A DNA stretch of 64,000 bases from a virus. The stretch is from the IMG/VR virus record IMGVR_UViG_3300050343_000243, positions 1-64,000 of that record; one strand, given 5' to 3'. The notes under the pieces were generated by a model that was not told the DNA's origin, searched no databases, and saw only the letters and a program-made list of their open reading frames with translations. Below are positions 10,341 through 19,837 of the stretch, in pieces (the stretch's first letter is position 1; each line of letters starts with the position of its first letter). A program made the position numbers and the translations under genes.

Positions 10341-10958
10341 TTAAGCCAATCCGTTTTCAGCCATAAAGAGATCAGTTGGCCTATATCCAGCTAATCCGTA
10401 TTGAGCCAAGATCTGTCGTTCCATCTCTGTACGAATGTCTTGATCAGCTCCTTGTTGCACCTTTTCCCAAGGAGTAGTTCCGCCCCCTTTGACACGTAGT
10501 GCGGCATCACCGGCATACATACCTGCATAGTCACCAAGGATTGAACCTCCAATGTCAGCCGCTGTCTGGCCTATCCCCTTGGCACCCATATTCCGAGCAA
10601 GTCCAGCAGCTCCGATACCTCCGAGTGCACCACCTGCTGCTTGTGTAGTGCCTGCAATCAACTTGTCACCAAGATCACCTGGTGTCTGAAGCCCTGCTAA
10701 CCCACCAAACAAAATGTCAGGTGCAACACGGAATATACGTTGCTCGGTGTTATCACCTGCATTTCTTGCAATAAATCCACCAGCATTTTTTAATGCATCA
10801 CCTGCAAAGCGAGTAGCACCTTTTAAACCATCTTTACTTGCAAATGCTTTGGCGCCAGCAATTCCTGCTTGGACAGCTTTTGCACCTCGAAGTGCTGTAA
10901 GGGCTGCTCCTAATTTTGCACCGAGTGCACCCAGTGCTGGTATCGCTAGTGGAACCAT
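10341..10958 (-). CDS. Gly/Ala-rich putative ejection protein
   Basis: 205 aa; glycine zippers; internal RFAG. Confidence 0.55.
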   Translation of the reverse strand: MVPLAIPALGALGAKLGAALTALRGAKAVQAGIAGAKAFASKDGLKGATRFAGDALKNAGGFIARNAGDNTEQRIFRVAPDILFGGLAGLQTPGDLGDKLIAGTTQAAGGALGGIGAAGLARNMGAKGIGQTAADIGGSILGDYAGMYAGDAALRVKGGGTTPWEKVQQGADQDIRTEMERQILAQYGLAGYRPTDLFMAENGLA

Positions 10959-10987
10959 CTGCCTAATCTCTAACCAATGTGTCTATT

Positions 10988-11263
10988 TTAGCTTGATGGT
11001 TCAACACCATTAAATTCCATTCCTGTTGGCTTGGATGAGAACCTAGCCATCCATCCTTCTACACGTTTCTGCTCAAATGGATTGTTCATAAGTTCCAATG
11101 CACGAGCACCCATTTCACCTGCCATGCGACTGTTGCTCTTAGATAGCTCCCTTCCTTCACGAGGAATTGTTGCGCCGTCAAGTCGAGCAAATGTTTCAGG
11201 AGTTTCCGAAGAAGCGTCCTGATTAGCCCGACCTTGTTGAATTGCTTCTTTTGAAAACTGCAT
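10988..11263 (-). CDS. Hypothetical virion protein
   Basis: 91 aa; internal RMAG; coupled to the upstream ORF. Confidence 0.5.
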   Translation of the reverse strand: MQFSKEAIQQGRANQDASSETPETFARLDGATIPREGRELSKSNSRMAGEMGARALELMNNPFEQKRVEGWMARFSSKPTGMEFNGVEPSS

Positions 11264-14100
11264 TAGAAACGCACCTCTTCTTCCTCTTCTTTACCTATGT
11301 TAGATAATCCGAGACCAGCAGCTAAAGCACCTAGTCCTGTGGCACCAATTGCAGCACGATTTCTTCCTCGTGCATATCGTGGACTTGTGCGGAATGCTTC
11401 AGCCTTTTGAGCAACATTGTCTACTCCATCTTGAATAGAGGAGATGATCTGCTCACGACGGCTAGGAGGCGTTGGGCCAGCACCATCTGGAGTACCCATG
11501 TAGTTACGGGTTGAAGGTGAAGGTCCTTGGCTTGGACCATCTAATGAGAACAGTTCGGAACGCAGATCTGGTGTCAGCTGACGACCTGACCGAGCAGGGG
11601 GTAGTGCCAACTGTGCACTTTGTGCTGATGGCTGTGACGCAACCTCCATACGGGCAGGACCTGTTCCAGCCCAAGGATCTGGAGCAATAGATGCTGCAAC
11701 AGTTGATTGTTGGATTGGTTGAACTGGGGTGACAGGTGTGCGATACATGCCGCTCCTACCTGCAGGTCCAGCAGCAATCATTGGGCCTGTACTTACAGCT
11801 TTACCAGCTGCGGCGTACTTCTCACCCATTGAACGGGCATCATCGATTGCACCACTGCGGCGTTTTGCAGATTCGGAGAAGATTGCGTCTTCTTGGTTCC
11901 GTACTCCACTTGGTGTGGCATCAAGTGCTGACCTACGTGCAGAGATTGCACTATCGGTTGCACCGAGTGCAGCTTCGTTCTGTAGATCTCTGTTTGCACT
12001 CTTGATAATTCCAGCAGTGTCATTTGGCTTGCCGAAGCCCTCATACTTATTCATTGCCCCGAGGATCACATCCTCACGACTACGGCGATCAATTGGTCCC
12101 TGATAAACACGGGGAACACTGGTATCACCGGAGAATGTTCCCTGTTGATTGGACCGCGCCATCTTCAGGACTAAATCCTTCTCTGTTGGGGACAGATCGT
12201 TTAAACCTTCTCCTGTCAGTCCACGAAGCTGTGGTCCGACTTCCATTTTCACTGGATTCCCCTTCTTATCCATACCCATGACCACACGGTCTTTGGATCC
12301 CATGGTGCCGATGTGATGTAGTGCATTACGTCCGAGAACGTTTGGATCTGCAGTGGGATCAACTCCATAGACAGGCTTGGTGTCAGGAATAGTCCGAATC
12401 ATTCCTGCAACGCTATTAGCACCAGCGCGTGCACCTGGCGTTACGCCTGCGTTACCCCCAGCGTAATAGTCTTCTTTGAACTGATGATTTGACCTAGCCA
12501 TGGGGCTAGCGTCCACTGGTACAGATGTATCCCTAGCAGCATCGAGCATCGTCAGTGCTTGGGACACGTTCCCGACTTCATCGGGTGAAAGCTTCAGTGT
12601 GTTGGCAAGGATGTCGCGAGCAGTTGGCTCTGTAGTTGGACGGGACCTGCCAGGGTTGGTTGGATCAAATGCGTACATCTTCCGTCCACCTGCACGCTCT
12701 GCGTCAGCGACTTGGTCAACTAGTGCCTGAAGATCAGCAAGAGAACGAGGCTGTCCAACTGTTCCTAATGCACCACTGCGACCAGCAGGAGAAGCGTTGA
12801 CTCGATCAACTAATCCGCCAAGGCTTCCGCTGATATCAACTTGGCGCATCCTTTCTGCACTCTGACGCTTGGCAATTTCCTGTGCAGCCAGATCCTGGAC
12901 TGTGACTGGGTTGATAGGCACGTTCAAAGCGCCTTTTCCAGATACATCAGCAACTTGACCTGGGGCGGTGTAGCCAACAGGGTCATCACCTCCAACAATG
13001 TTCCCTGATCCGTCGTAATAGACACGGGCAGGGCTATATCCTTCTGCGGCAATCATTGGAGTTGATCCAGGACTCCAGTTAGCAGGGCTATTGGGATCCT
13101 TGATTGCATAATCCTGCAACTTCACCCGTTGCATGCCTTGAGCATTACTGCTCCCCTGCATACCGTCGAGCATGAAGGCATCTTCAGTAGAAACACTGAT
13201 AGGTGCCCCTGCATCTTCAATCATTAGGGCACGAGCATCATCCGAGTTCTCATTACGGACATATGCCTTTCCGCCTGGCTCTAATTCAGGCAGAGAATCC
13301 AAAACCTTACGGGTACGGCGACGACCTGATTCACTAGCGATTGCATCACCTTTTGCTCGATCATCTGACATAGATGCACGTGCTGATTCAGTAATCGATG
13401 GAGCTGTAGCTCTTACTGCTCTTGCACCTTCTGCTCTGTCAGCCATAACTGAATTACGGCCTGGTTGGCTCCGTTCAATACGTGCCAACAGCTGACCAAC
13501 TGTTTTCCCTTCAGCAACAGGAGTATCAAGAGTTAATTCACCGGTTGCAAGCATTTCACGGATACGTGTAGCAGCATCTGCAGAGGCAGCGTTACCTCCA
13601 CCTGTATCCCGTTCGTTATCGAAGCCATATCCTTTGCGAAGTGCAGATTCACGGATCGCACGACGCTCTTGCCATGATTCACCCGGTGCGTTGCGGGTTG
13701 GAACACCATCTGGAAGTACTACTGCACGATTTTCTTTTGTGTACGGATCGAGATATGAAATACGGTTGTCATCTCTTGGTCCACTGCCAAAATCTTTGTC
13801 TTGATCAGTGCGATTTTGAAGATCTGACTGATCTTCACCATATGTAGCTGTCTCTACGTCATTAAAAAGGTCAGTTTCACCTTGAAGTGGTCCTCTTGGG
13901 TTGATACCAAGATTTGCCAAACCTTCTTGCTGAATACGCTGCTGTTCACGTGTTAATCCTTTCCGTTCTCGCGCTCGACGACCCTCAAGTACTACTTCTG
14001 CTCCATCAAGCAGCATCTCAATCTCTTCATTGCTAGCTGTTTGGTTAGCAGCGCGAGATTCAAGTAAATCTCTACGTAATCTTTGGTTCTCTAAAGTCAC
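11263..14100 (-). CDS. Large low-complexity putative internal virion protein
   Basis: 945 aa, no Cys, Gly/Ala/Pro-rich, hydrophobic C-terminal helix. Confidence 0.6.
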   Translation of the reverse strand: MTLENQRLRRDLLESRAANQTASNEEIEMLLDGAEVVLEGRRARERKGLTREQQRIQQEGLANLGINPRGPLQGETDLFNDVETATYGEDQSDLQNRTDQDKDFGSGPRDDNRISYLDPYTKENRAVVLPDGVPTRNAPGESWQERRAIRESALRKGYGFDNERDTGGGNAASADAATRIREMLATGELTLDTPVAEGKTVGQLLARIERSQPGRNSVMADRAEGARAVRATAPSITESARASMSDDRAKGDAIASESGRRRTRKVLDSLPELEPGGKAYVRNENSDDARALMIEDAGAPISVSTEDAFMLDGMQGSSNAQGMQRVKLQDYAIKDPNSPANWSPGSTPMIAAEGYSPARVYYDGSGNIVGGDDPVGYTAPGQVADVSGKGALNVPINPVTVQDLAAQEIAKRQSAERMRQVDISGSLGGLVDRVNASPAGRSGALGTVGQPRSLADLQALVDQVADAERAGGRKMYAFDPTNPGRSRPTTEPTARDILANTLKLSPDEVGNVSQALTMLDAARDTSVPVDASPMARSNHQFKEDYYAGGNAGVTPGARAGANSVAGMIRTIPDTKPVYGVDPTADPNVLGRNALHHIGTMGSKDRVVMGMDKKGNPVKMEVGPQLRGLTGEGLNDLSPTEKDLVLKMARSNQQGTFSGDTSVPRVYQGPIDRRSREDVILGAMNKYEGFGKPNDTAGIIKSANRDLQNEAALGATDSAISARRSALDATPSGVRNQEDAIFSESAKRRSGAIDDARSMGEKYAAAGKAVSTGPMIAAGPAGRSGMYRTPVTPVQPIQQSTVAASIAPDPWAGTGPARMEVASQPSAQSAQLALPPARSGRQLTPDLRSELFSLDGPSQGPSPSTRNYMGTPDGAGPTPPSRREQIISSIQDGVDNVAQKAEAFRTSPRYARGRNRAAIGATGLGALAAGLGLSNIGKEEEEEVRF

Positions 14101-14153
14101 AGCAATAATGTCAACAACCTAAACCCATTGTAGTTAGATTTAGGTCGCTATAT

Positions 14154-15314
14154 TTACACTGCTGGGTCTTCTTCTTCTGGTTTGATTAGTTTCACATAAG
14201 AACCAAGCAGATCTTGCGCTTTTTGCTGATCACGTCCAAGTAATGTACGCTTATCGTCCTGACTGATGGCCATCATCTGTCCATCATTGTTTGGATCAGT
14301 GATATATGACTGACCTTCGAAAGTTGCCATACCTTTTTGTGCTTTCACTGCACGCATACCATCAAATTGGTCCTTTGCATCCAAGAATGCACGGCGTCGA
14401 GCCATATCAAACCCAGCTGTTGCTGGAGATCCGTTCTCACCACCAATTTTGTTGCCAAGAACGTCGGTAAGCACGGGTGGTAAAGCAGTATTTCCGTTGT
14501 TTCCTGCAGAAATAGCTCCATTTTCTACTAATTCTGGGGAACCTTGGCGCTGAATTACGGTAACTGGGGGCTTGCTGCCGTCAATTGTGGTCTCAGGGAA
14601 GAGGCCTAGCCCTCGTGCCTTATCTTCTTGGTCAAGTTGTGCGTTTTGTGCTTTCGTTAATTGTGGTCTCGACGATCCTTTTTCTGGGTTCCGCATCACA
14701 GCAGCATCTTCGGCCGAATAGTCGATACCAGGCAGGTTGTTAGAGCTAAATGGGTCAGCCAGCGAGGGAATTCCGCGATTATTCAGGTACTTGTTGACCT
14801 CATCCATCTGTAGTACGGAAGATCCCATGGATGTTCCTTTTCCTGCACTTTCATCGGGGGCGGGAACGTCTCTTCTTGTGGCAACAGTTTGTGGTGTGGA
14901 CTTCTTTTCACCCGCCTGTATTGCTTTTTTATATCCACTCTGACCTTCTGGTGTAGCAACGTTAAAGGACTTATTTCCTACGTTTTTAACTACAGGTTTG
15001 CCAGCACGAAACTTGTCATAGCCAGATGTGTCCTGACCTGTGACGACCATCGCACCGCGCACAGCTTCACCAGCAATAGCGTCAATTGGTTTATCGATGA
15101 TTCCGAAGTTCTGACCGCGTGCACCGAACATCCCAATACCACCACCAGGCACACGAGCACCACCAGGGACTTTTAAGTTTGTCGTGATCTGTTGAATCCC
15201 ATTTGGGTTTAGCAACTGTCCTGCTGTAACAGGCACGATTGCTCCACCTTTGGGGGCAGCAGCAGCAACTCCACGGTTAATTACATTCTGTTGAAACCAC
15301 TTAATAGGATCCAT
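14154..15314 (-). CDS. Putative internal virion protein
   Basis: 386 aa; TAGAATAG octamer 24 nt upstream. Confidence 0.55.
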   Translation of the reverse strand: MDPIKWFQQNVINRGVAAAAPKGGAIVPVTAGQLLNPNGIQQITTNLKVPGGARVPGGGIGMFGARGQNFGIIDKPIDAIAGEAVRGAMVVTGQDTSGYDKFRAGKPVVKNVGNKSFNVATPEGQSGYKKAIQAGEKKSTPQTVATRRDVPAPDESAGKGTSMGSSVLQMDEVNKYLNNRGIPSLADPFSSNNLPGIDYSAEDAAVMRNPEKGSSRPQLTKAQNAQLDQEDKARGLGLFPETTIDGSKPPVTVIQRQGSPELVENGAISAGNNGNTALPPVLTDVLGNKIGGENGSPATAGFDMARRRAFLDAKDQFDGMRAVKAQKGMATFEGQSYITDPNNDGQMMAISQDDKRTLLGRDQQKAQDLLGSYVKLIKPEEEDPAV

Positions 15315-15347
15315 CTCTATAAATACTTATCATCCCCCTATTCTAAT

Positions 15348-15469
15348 AACTACAAAACTACGCTTACTACGCTCATATCTAACCCTTTCTAAATTAATTA
15401 CTTATAGGGGGACACGAGGGGGATTAAAAAAGGGGTATATAGAAAACTACTGTAGTTTGCGTAGTTTTT
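15348..15469. repeat. Origin-like element copy 1: inverted CTAC/GTAG iteron pairs flanking an A/T-tract core
   Basis: AACTACAAAACTACGCTTACTACGCT...GGTATATAGAAAACTACTGTAGTTTGCGTAGTTTTT; closely similar to 53785-53908. Confidence 0.75.
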
Positions 15470-16002
15470 CCGGTTGACTCCAATAACAACCGTTTACAAG
15501 CAGCAGCGCAATGCTCTCATTTAGTGTCCACGAAGCCATACAGTGTATTTGGCTTACCTGTGGAAAACTATATTATTTTATTGAGAAGTATTACGAGCTG
15601 CTTTTTGCCAAAAGTTCGCCTATAGGGGGCTAAAAATGGTACAAAATTTTAGACGTGTTTAATACCCTCTGTACCCGAACTACTGGTGCAACAAAAAAAA
15701 TAACTACTGATACAACTGATGTTTCACCGCTCGCTTCGCTCGCTTGTTAACAACTGTTGTTCGATTGCTTCGCAATCTCACGTTTAATCCTTTGTTCACG
15801 CAAGTCAACACACTTCAGTTAGTACACGATTGTGTAACACATCTGTTCTTCTGCATCGTGTGTTTCCTACTTGCGCTCACATCTGTTAGCAGAAGTTACT
15901 ACCGCTGTCTTTCATTCGTTGAAATCACACGCGAGAACTTATGCGTAACTTAAGTGAACCCTTGATTCGCTTCGGGTACTACACCCTACCTCACCTACCC
16001 GT

Positions 16003-16035
16003 GCCCACTCCGTGGGCTTTATAACCATGTGTCTT
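16003..16035 (+). promoter_or_regulatory. Hairpin-N12-TGT element 1
   Basis: GCCCAC-TCC-GTGGGC, 12 nt, TGTCTT; ATG 16049; no plus-strand gene upstream. Confidence 0.7.
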
Positions 16036-16048
16036 TTACATAATTCAC

Positions 16049-16162
16049 ATGTTTCTTGTATTCAATTCATGGCTCGTTAGTAACGCGCTCATCATCAATG
16101 AATTCGGTAATCGTTACGCCTATACCTGGCGTGGTGAACCATTGTTCTGTTCAATTAAATGA
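16049..16162 (+). CDS. Small hypothetical protein (37 aa)
   Basis: MFLVFNSWLV...; exactly fills the space between two elements. Confidence 0.5.
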   Translation: MFLVFNSWLVSNALIINEFGNRYAYTWRGEPLFCSIK

Positions 16163-16171
16163 ACCATAACT

Positions 16172-16204
16172 CCCCACTCTGTGGGGTTTTTCTTCATGTG
16201 TCTT
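16172..16204 (+). promoter_or_regulatory. Hairpin-N12-TGT element 2
   Basis: CCCCAC-TCT-GTGGGG, 12 nt, TGTCTT; ATG 16218. Confidence 0.7.
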
Positions 16205-16217
16205 CTATCTAATTCAC

Positions 16218-16373
16218 ATGCGTAACTTCCAACTTCAAGTTCAATTCAACGGTGTTGGTGAACTCTATACGACCACGTGGTCACCACGTTCTTACAAGTC
16301 CGTATCCACGTTGTACAACATCTACACACGCAGGTTTCCCAATAATATCTATTGGATCTTACCAGTTGATTGA
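16218..16373 (+). CDS. Small hypothetical protein (51 aa)
   Basis: MRNFQLQVQFNG...; fills the cassette. Confidence 0.55.
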   Translation: MRNFQLQVQFNGVGELYTTTWSPRSYKSVSTLYNIYTRRFPNNIYWILPVD

Positions 16374-16380
16374 ACCTTAT

Positions 16381-16413
16381 CCCCGCTCTGCGGGGTTTAT
16401 CTTTCATTACTTC
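16381..16413 (+). promoter_or_regulatory. Hairpin element 3 (variant TACTTC box)
   Basis: CCCCGC-TCT-GCGGGG, 12 nt, TACTTC. Confidence 0.55.
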
Positions 16414-16490
16414 TTCGATGTAATTGCTTGTGCGTCTATCGCATTTCTTTTGCATCGTTGCTTGTCGGCATCTCTTTATATCTAAATTCA

Positions 16491-16670
16491 ATGACTAACA
16501 ATCCATATGTGGATCAAATAATCCAGCAGACAGGTTGCACTGAACGTGAAGTTCGTGCCTTCTCTGTTCCTATGCGTCCGATGACCTTCCCTTGCGTCAT
16601 CCACGGACGGACATTCGAATCACATGATGACTACATCAATGCGATGTATGACTACCTCGATTCAATGTAG
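16491..16670 (+). CDS. Hypothetical protein
   Basis: MTNNPYVDQIIQQTG...FPCVIHGRTFES. Confidence 0.6.
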   Translation: MTNNPYVDQIIQQTGCTEREVRAFSVPMRPMTFPCVIHGRTFESHDDYINAMYDYLDSM

Positions 16671-16675
16671 CTTTT

Positions 16676-16708
16676 ACCCCCTCCGGGGGTTTTATTTGCG
16701 CGTGTTCT
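16676..16708 (+). promoter_or_regulatory. Hairpin-N12-TGT element 4
   Basis: ACCCCC-TCC-GGGGGT, 12 nt, TGTTCT; GTG 16723. Confidence 0.7.
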
Positions 16709-16722
16709 TCTTACTCACCACT

Positions 16723-16902
16723 GTGTCTAACACTTACACGCCTGTTCTCGTCGGTGCAACTATCGGCCTCGGCCTTGCTGCCGTTGGCTTCTTCACCCTC
16801 CCCTGGTACCACGACTTCCTCGTCTGGTCCTACGCCTCACCTTGGACCTGGATCATTGGTATCTCAGGTGGTGCTGCTCTAGCTATTGCTACAGACGATT
16901 GA
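16723..16902 (+). CDS. Small membrane protein (two hydrophobic helices)
   Basis: MSNTYTPVLVGATIGLGLAAVG... Confidence 0.6.
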   Translation: MSNTYTPVLVGATIGLGLAAVGFFTLPWYHDFLVWSYASPWTWIIGISGGAALAIATDD

Positions 16903-16908
16903 ACCTTA

Positions 16909-16941
16909 ACCCCCTTCGGGGGGTTTATTTGCATGTGCAAT
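16909..16941 (+). promoter_or_regulatory. Hairpin-N12-TG element 5
   Basis: CCCCC-TTC-GGGGGG, 12 nt, TGCAAT; ATG 16958. Confidence 0.65.
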
Positions 16942-16957
16942 TCATTTACCAATTCAC

Positions 16958-17155
16958 ATGCTTGCCACTAAAGCTATCCTTCACAAAGTCAACCGTACCC
17001 GTGGTCTCATCACTTGGCACTTCGTCGAGAATGAATCTAACGGTAGATGTAAAGCTATCCGCAATGACGGACGAGTGTTCGATTACTTGAACATCAAAGA
17101 CATGCGAGAAGGCTACCGCTTCATGCGTGATACCTACGGTTTTCAACCTATGTGA
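16958..17155 (+). CDS. Hypothetical protein
   Basis: 65 aa, fills the cassette. Confidence 0.6.
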   Translation: MLATKAILHKVNRTRGLITWHFVENESNGRCKAIRNDGRVFDYLNIKDMREGYRFMRDTYGFQPM

Positions 17156-17166
17156 ACAGAGGATAT

Positions 17167-17199
17167 GCCCCTTCCAGGGGCTTTTTCCTTCTTTGCCTT
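17167..17199 (+). promoter_or_regulatory. Hairpin-N12-TG element 6
   Basis: GCCCCT-TCC-AGGGGC, 12 nt, then a TGCC-TTAATT-GGCA hairpin. Confidence 0.7.
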
Positions 17200-17233
17200 A
17201 ATTGGCATTGTTCACTTATGATTTAATTTAACT

Positions 17234-17455
17234 ATGGCTTTTCGTATCCCTGGACGTAAAGAAAGCATCCGTGTCTTCGACCGTGTCAAATGTCTGGATA
17301 CACAGTATGACGTCTTCGATGTTGGTGTACAACACGCTGACGGTGGTATCGACTCTGTAGTTGTCGGTGTATCTGCCTACTCTCTCAAGAAGGCTATTGC
17401 TGCACTCAACTCCAAGGCTGATGCCAAGGAAGCAGAAGCTCCCGCTACTGTCTAA
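17234..17455 (+). CDS. Hypothetical protein
   Basis: 73 aa. Confidence 0.65.
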   Translation: MAFRIPGRKESIRVFDRVKCLDTQYDVFDVGVQHADGGIDSVVVGVSAYSLKKAIAALNSKADAKEAEAPATV

Positions 17456-17462
17456 TGACTGC

Positions 17463-17488
17463 TCCCCCTTCGGGGGGTTTTTTCTTTT
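17463..17488 (+). terminator. Intrinsic terminator
   Basis: CCCCC-TTCG-GGGGG plus T tract at a convergent gene junction. Confidence 0.65.
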
Positions 17489-17507
17489 GTTTCGGACAAC
17501 CGTTGAT

Positions 17508-17999
17508 TTACTTGTAGCGAATCATCAGGTTCTCGTCCTCATCCTCCGGTGCTAACGCTGCGGCGATGTCCATCAGACCTTTGCCTGCAAGTGATACACC
17601 TGTTGCTGGTAATACATACCTAGCACTAGCGGAGACTACGGGTTGTCCATATTTCATTGCTTGATGAGCAAGCATCGTTAACCGATCATTCGGATCAACT
17701 CCCTCAATAGTTCCCAACCCTCGTGTAATTGGTGATCCAACAATCTCACCTGTCATATTACGGACAACTCCCATAGGTGTGCCTCCCCTAGGGTCACCTT
17801 CGGGTAGGACAATGGCGTCCCGTACTTTGTCAGCGTACATATCATCAAACTGACGTAACTGTCCTCCAATAGGAGCAGCTGCGGCTACCACTCGTTCTCC
17901 AAGTGAACGCAGCATGTGATCAACCTGATCCTTAACTGTACGTGCATCTCCACGACGGTAAGTACGTCCGGGCTGATTACGATATGCCATTGTTACCAT
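17508..17999 (-). CDS. Late-type hypothetical protein inserted in the early region
   Basis: 163 aa; TACAATAG octamer upstream. Confidence 0.6.
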   Translation of the reverse strand: MVTMAYRNQPGRTYRRGDARTVKDQVDHMLRSLGERVVAAAAPIGGQLRQFDDMYADKVRDAIVLPEGDPRGGTPMGVVRNMTGEIVGSPITRGLGTIEGVDPNDRLTMLAHQAMKYGQPVVSASARYVLPATGVSLAGKGLMDIAAALAPEDEDENLMIRYK

Positions 18000-18043
18000 T
18001 TATTTAACACCCCTCTATTGTATTCAATTAGGCTTATAAAGAA

Positions 18044-18229
18044 ATGATTAAGATACTAATAGCTACCCTGCTAATAATACCCCCTACCGTACTAATTCCC
18101 GCTACTGCAACACCTAATCTCTGCGAAGAGATAGAAGCTGTGCTGTGGGAAGCGGTAGAGGATGGGTACATAAAAGAGCAGGTGGCCATAAGAGTGGCTG
18201 GTAACTGCTCACTCGAAACATACGAATAA
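18044..18229 (+). CDS. Small secreted/membrane protein
   Basis: Signal-like N-terminus, two Cys. Confidence 0.55.
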   Translation: MIKILIATLLIIPPTVLIPATATPNLCEEIEAVLWEAVEDGYIKEQVAIRVAGNCSLETYE

Positions 18230-18237
18230 CAGCCATT

Positions 18238-18270
18238 ACCCCTTCCAGGGGTTTTTTCAAACGTTGTCCT
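18238..18270 (+). promoter_or_regulatory. Hairpin-N12-TGT element 7
   Basis: ACCCCT-TCC-AGGGGT, 12 nt, TGTCCT; ATG 18284 starts a run of tiny hydrophobic ORFs. Confidence 0.7.
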
Positions 18271-18601
18271 TTGATAAATACGCATGACTACTGCTGTAAT
18301 TATCTTCAGCTGGTTATTCGCCTTTTACGTAATAAAGACGGAAAACCCTTTTGGCTTATGACAATGGTGCTATACGCAGCACTCACTATGGTTCTCCATC
18401 TTGAGCTAACTGCAACTCCAATTGTCCTACTGCCATTCATCTTCCCACGGGAAGAAATTGTTCCTATTTCTCTACAACCATGATTCAATTCGACTCACAA
18501 ACTATCATCCTGGCTATCATTGGTATGACAGGACTATTTGCTACTGCAACAGTCCTTTCGTACAGCTTTAAGCGCAACAGAACAGGTAACGGAAGGTACC
18601 A

Positions 18602-18823
18602 ATGAGAACATTAGATGGGAAAGAGCTCTCTGCTCTCAAAGACGAATATGCTTCTGCCGTTGTCGAAAAGATGACGAATGCAGAAGCTCGATCATATCTA
18701 CGTCAGATTATCTACAACGATGTTGCTGTAGCTGACGGTCTGGACCTCTCTAAACGAATACTCAAAGTGTTCGGTGAAGAAGAGTACGACGATATGGTTG
18801 AGTTCGTCACCCGTAATAACTAG
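18602..18823 (+). CDS. Small helical cyanophage protein
   Basis: 73 aa; weakly similar to 34309-34488 and 34485-34685. Confidence 0.6.
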   Translation: MRTLDGKELSALKDEYASAVVEKMTNAEARSYLRQIIYNDVAVADGLDLSKRILKVFGEEEYDDMVEFVTRNN

Positions 18824-18905
18824 GTAGGGTATCCTCTCCTCTAAACCGAATAGCCTGGTCAAAAGATCAGGCTTAATATAAATCTAGTGATATATAAATA
18901 AGCAC

Positions 18906-19148
18906 ATGGGCTTCTATAACAATCCCTTCCAACTAGTGAACGACCTAGTGAACATCCCTTTCGGCTCCGATGTATATGTCATCTCTGATGAGAAATATAA
19001 GGAGTTAAAACAGAAACAGGCAAGAGATGAAATCTCTGTGCTCGAACGTAGGCTCGAATCTTACGAAGTCGCGGCTACGAAACTACGAGATACCATCGCT
19101 TCTCTAAATGAGGAGCATGGTTTGCTCCCACCTCCTACTGATAAGTAA
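18906..19148 (+). CDS. Coiled-coil protein resembling a conserved picocyanobacterial small protein
   Basis: VYVISD motif followed by a coiled coil. Confidence 0.55.
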   Translation: MGFYNNPFQLVNDLVNIPFGSDVYVISDEKYKELKQKQARDEISVLERRLESYEVAATKLRDTIASLNEEHGLLPPPTDK

Positions 19149-19153
19149 CCAAT

Positions 19154-19186
19154 GCCCCCTCCGGGGGCTTTTTAGTCAGTTGTTCT
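19154..19186 (+). promoter_or_regulatory. Hairpin-N12-TGT element 8
   Basis: GCCCCC-TCC-GGGGGC, 12 nt, TGTTCT; ATG 19200. Confidence 0.75.
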
Positions 19187-19199
19187 TTGATTGTCTCTT

Positions 19200-19445
19200 A
19201 TGACTATCATCTCAACTGCGAAACCTGTATCTCTTGAAGATGCTTTGGACATCGCTGAACAGCGTGCTTATGCCGCTAAAACACCTGCCTTCCCTCCTAT
19301 TACCGACACTATTGTCTGGTTTAAACAGGTGGACTGGGCAGATGTACGTCAACGTGCTCGGGCTGGTGTCAACAATGTTGGTCTTGTCCTCGCTGTCGTT
19401 GGCGAGAAAGTACATGACTTTGGTGCCTTCTTGGCAAACGTCTGA
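19200..19445 (+). CDS. Hypothetical protein
   Basis: 81 aa, fills the cassette. Confidence 0.6.
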   Translation: MTIISTAKPVSLEDALDIAEQRAYAAKTPAFPPITDTIVWFKQVDWADVRQRARAGVNNVGLVLAVVGEKVHDFGAFLANV

Positions 19446-19451
19446 ACTTAT

Positions 19452-19484
19452 GCCCCCCCTGGGGGCTTTTCTTTCATTTGTCCT
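19452..19484 (+). promoter_or_regulatory. Hairpin-N12-TGT element 9
   Basis: GCCCCC-CCT-GGGGGC, 12 nt, TGTCCT; ATG 19499. Confidence 0.75.
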
Positions 19485-19498
19485 ACAAATGATTGCAC

Positions 19499-19585
19499 AT
19501 GTCATCAATCCTGATTGCACACCTGCAAAAACAAGCAGCTCGTCGCTTACGTATTGAGAAGCAATATGCGCTCGCTCGTAAGTAA
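19499..19585 (+). CDS. Basic micro-protein (28 aa)
   Basis: MSSILIAHLQKQAARRLRIEKQYALARK; fills the cassette. Confidence 0.45.
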   Translation: MSSILIAHLQKQAARRLRIEKQYALARK

Positions 19586-19592
19586 GGAACCT

Positions 19593-19625
19593 GCCCCCTC
19601 TGGGGGCTTTGTTTTCCATTGTCTT
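19593..19625 (+). promoter_or_regulatory. Hairpin-N12-TGT element 10
   Basis: GCCCCC-TCT-GGGGGC, 12 nt, TGTCTT; ATG 19639. Confidence 0.75.
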
Positions 19626-19638
19626 CTATTTCTGAACA

Positions 19639-19785
19639 ATGGAACTCTATTCAGAACTTTCCTTGATCTCCGATTACAAGGAAGAAACCTACGACTGGAT
19701 GTCATCTGATGACATTGACGTCGATGACTACGAGTACGTCCAGAACCTCGCTTCGGGCGTTGCCTCTCAATCTCGGTACTTCTGA
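19639..19785 (+). CDS. Acidic micro-protein (48 aa)
   Basis: MELYSELSLISDYKEETYDWMSSDDIDVDDYEY... Confidence 0.55.
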   Translation: MELYSELSLISDYKEETYDWMSSDDIDVDDYEYVQNLASGVASQSRYF

Positions 19786-19791
19786 ACTTAT

Positions 19792-19824
19792 GCCCCCCCT
19801 GGGGGCTTTTCTTTAATTTGTAGT
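19792..19824 (+). promoter_or_regulatory. Hairpin-N12-TGT element 11
   Basis: Near-identical to element 9; TGTAGT box; ATG 19838. Confidence 0.75.
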
Positions 19825-19837
19825 TCTCGTTATATTC

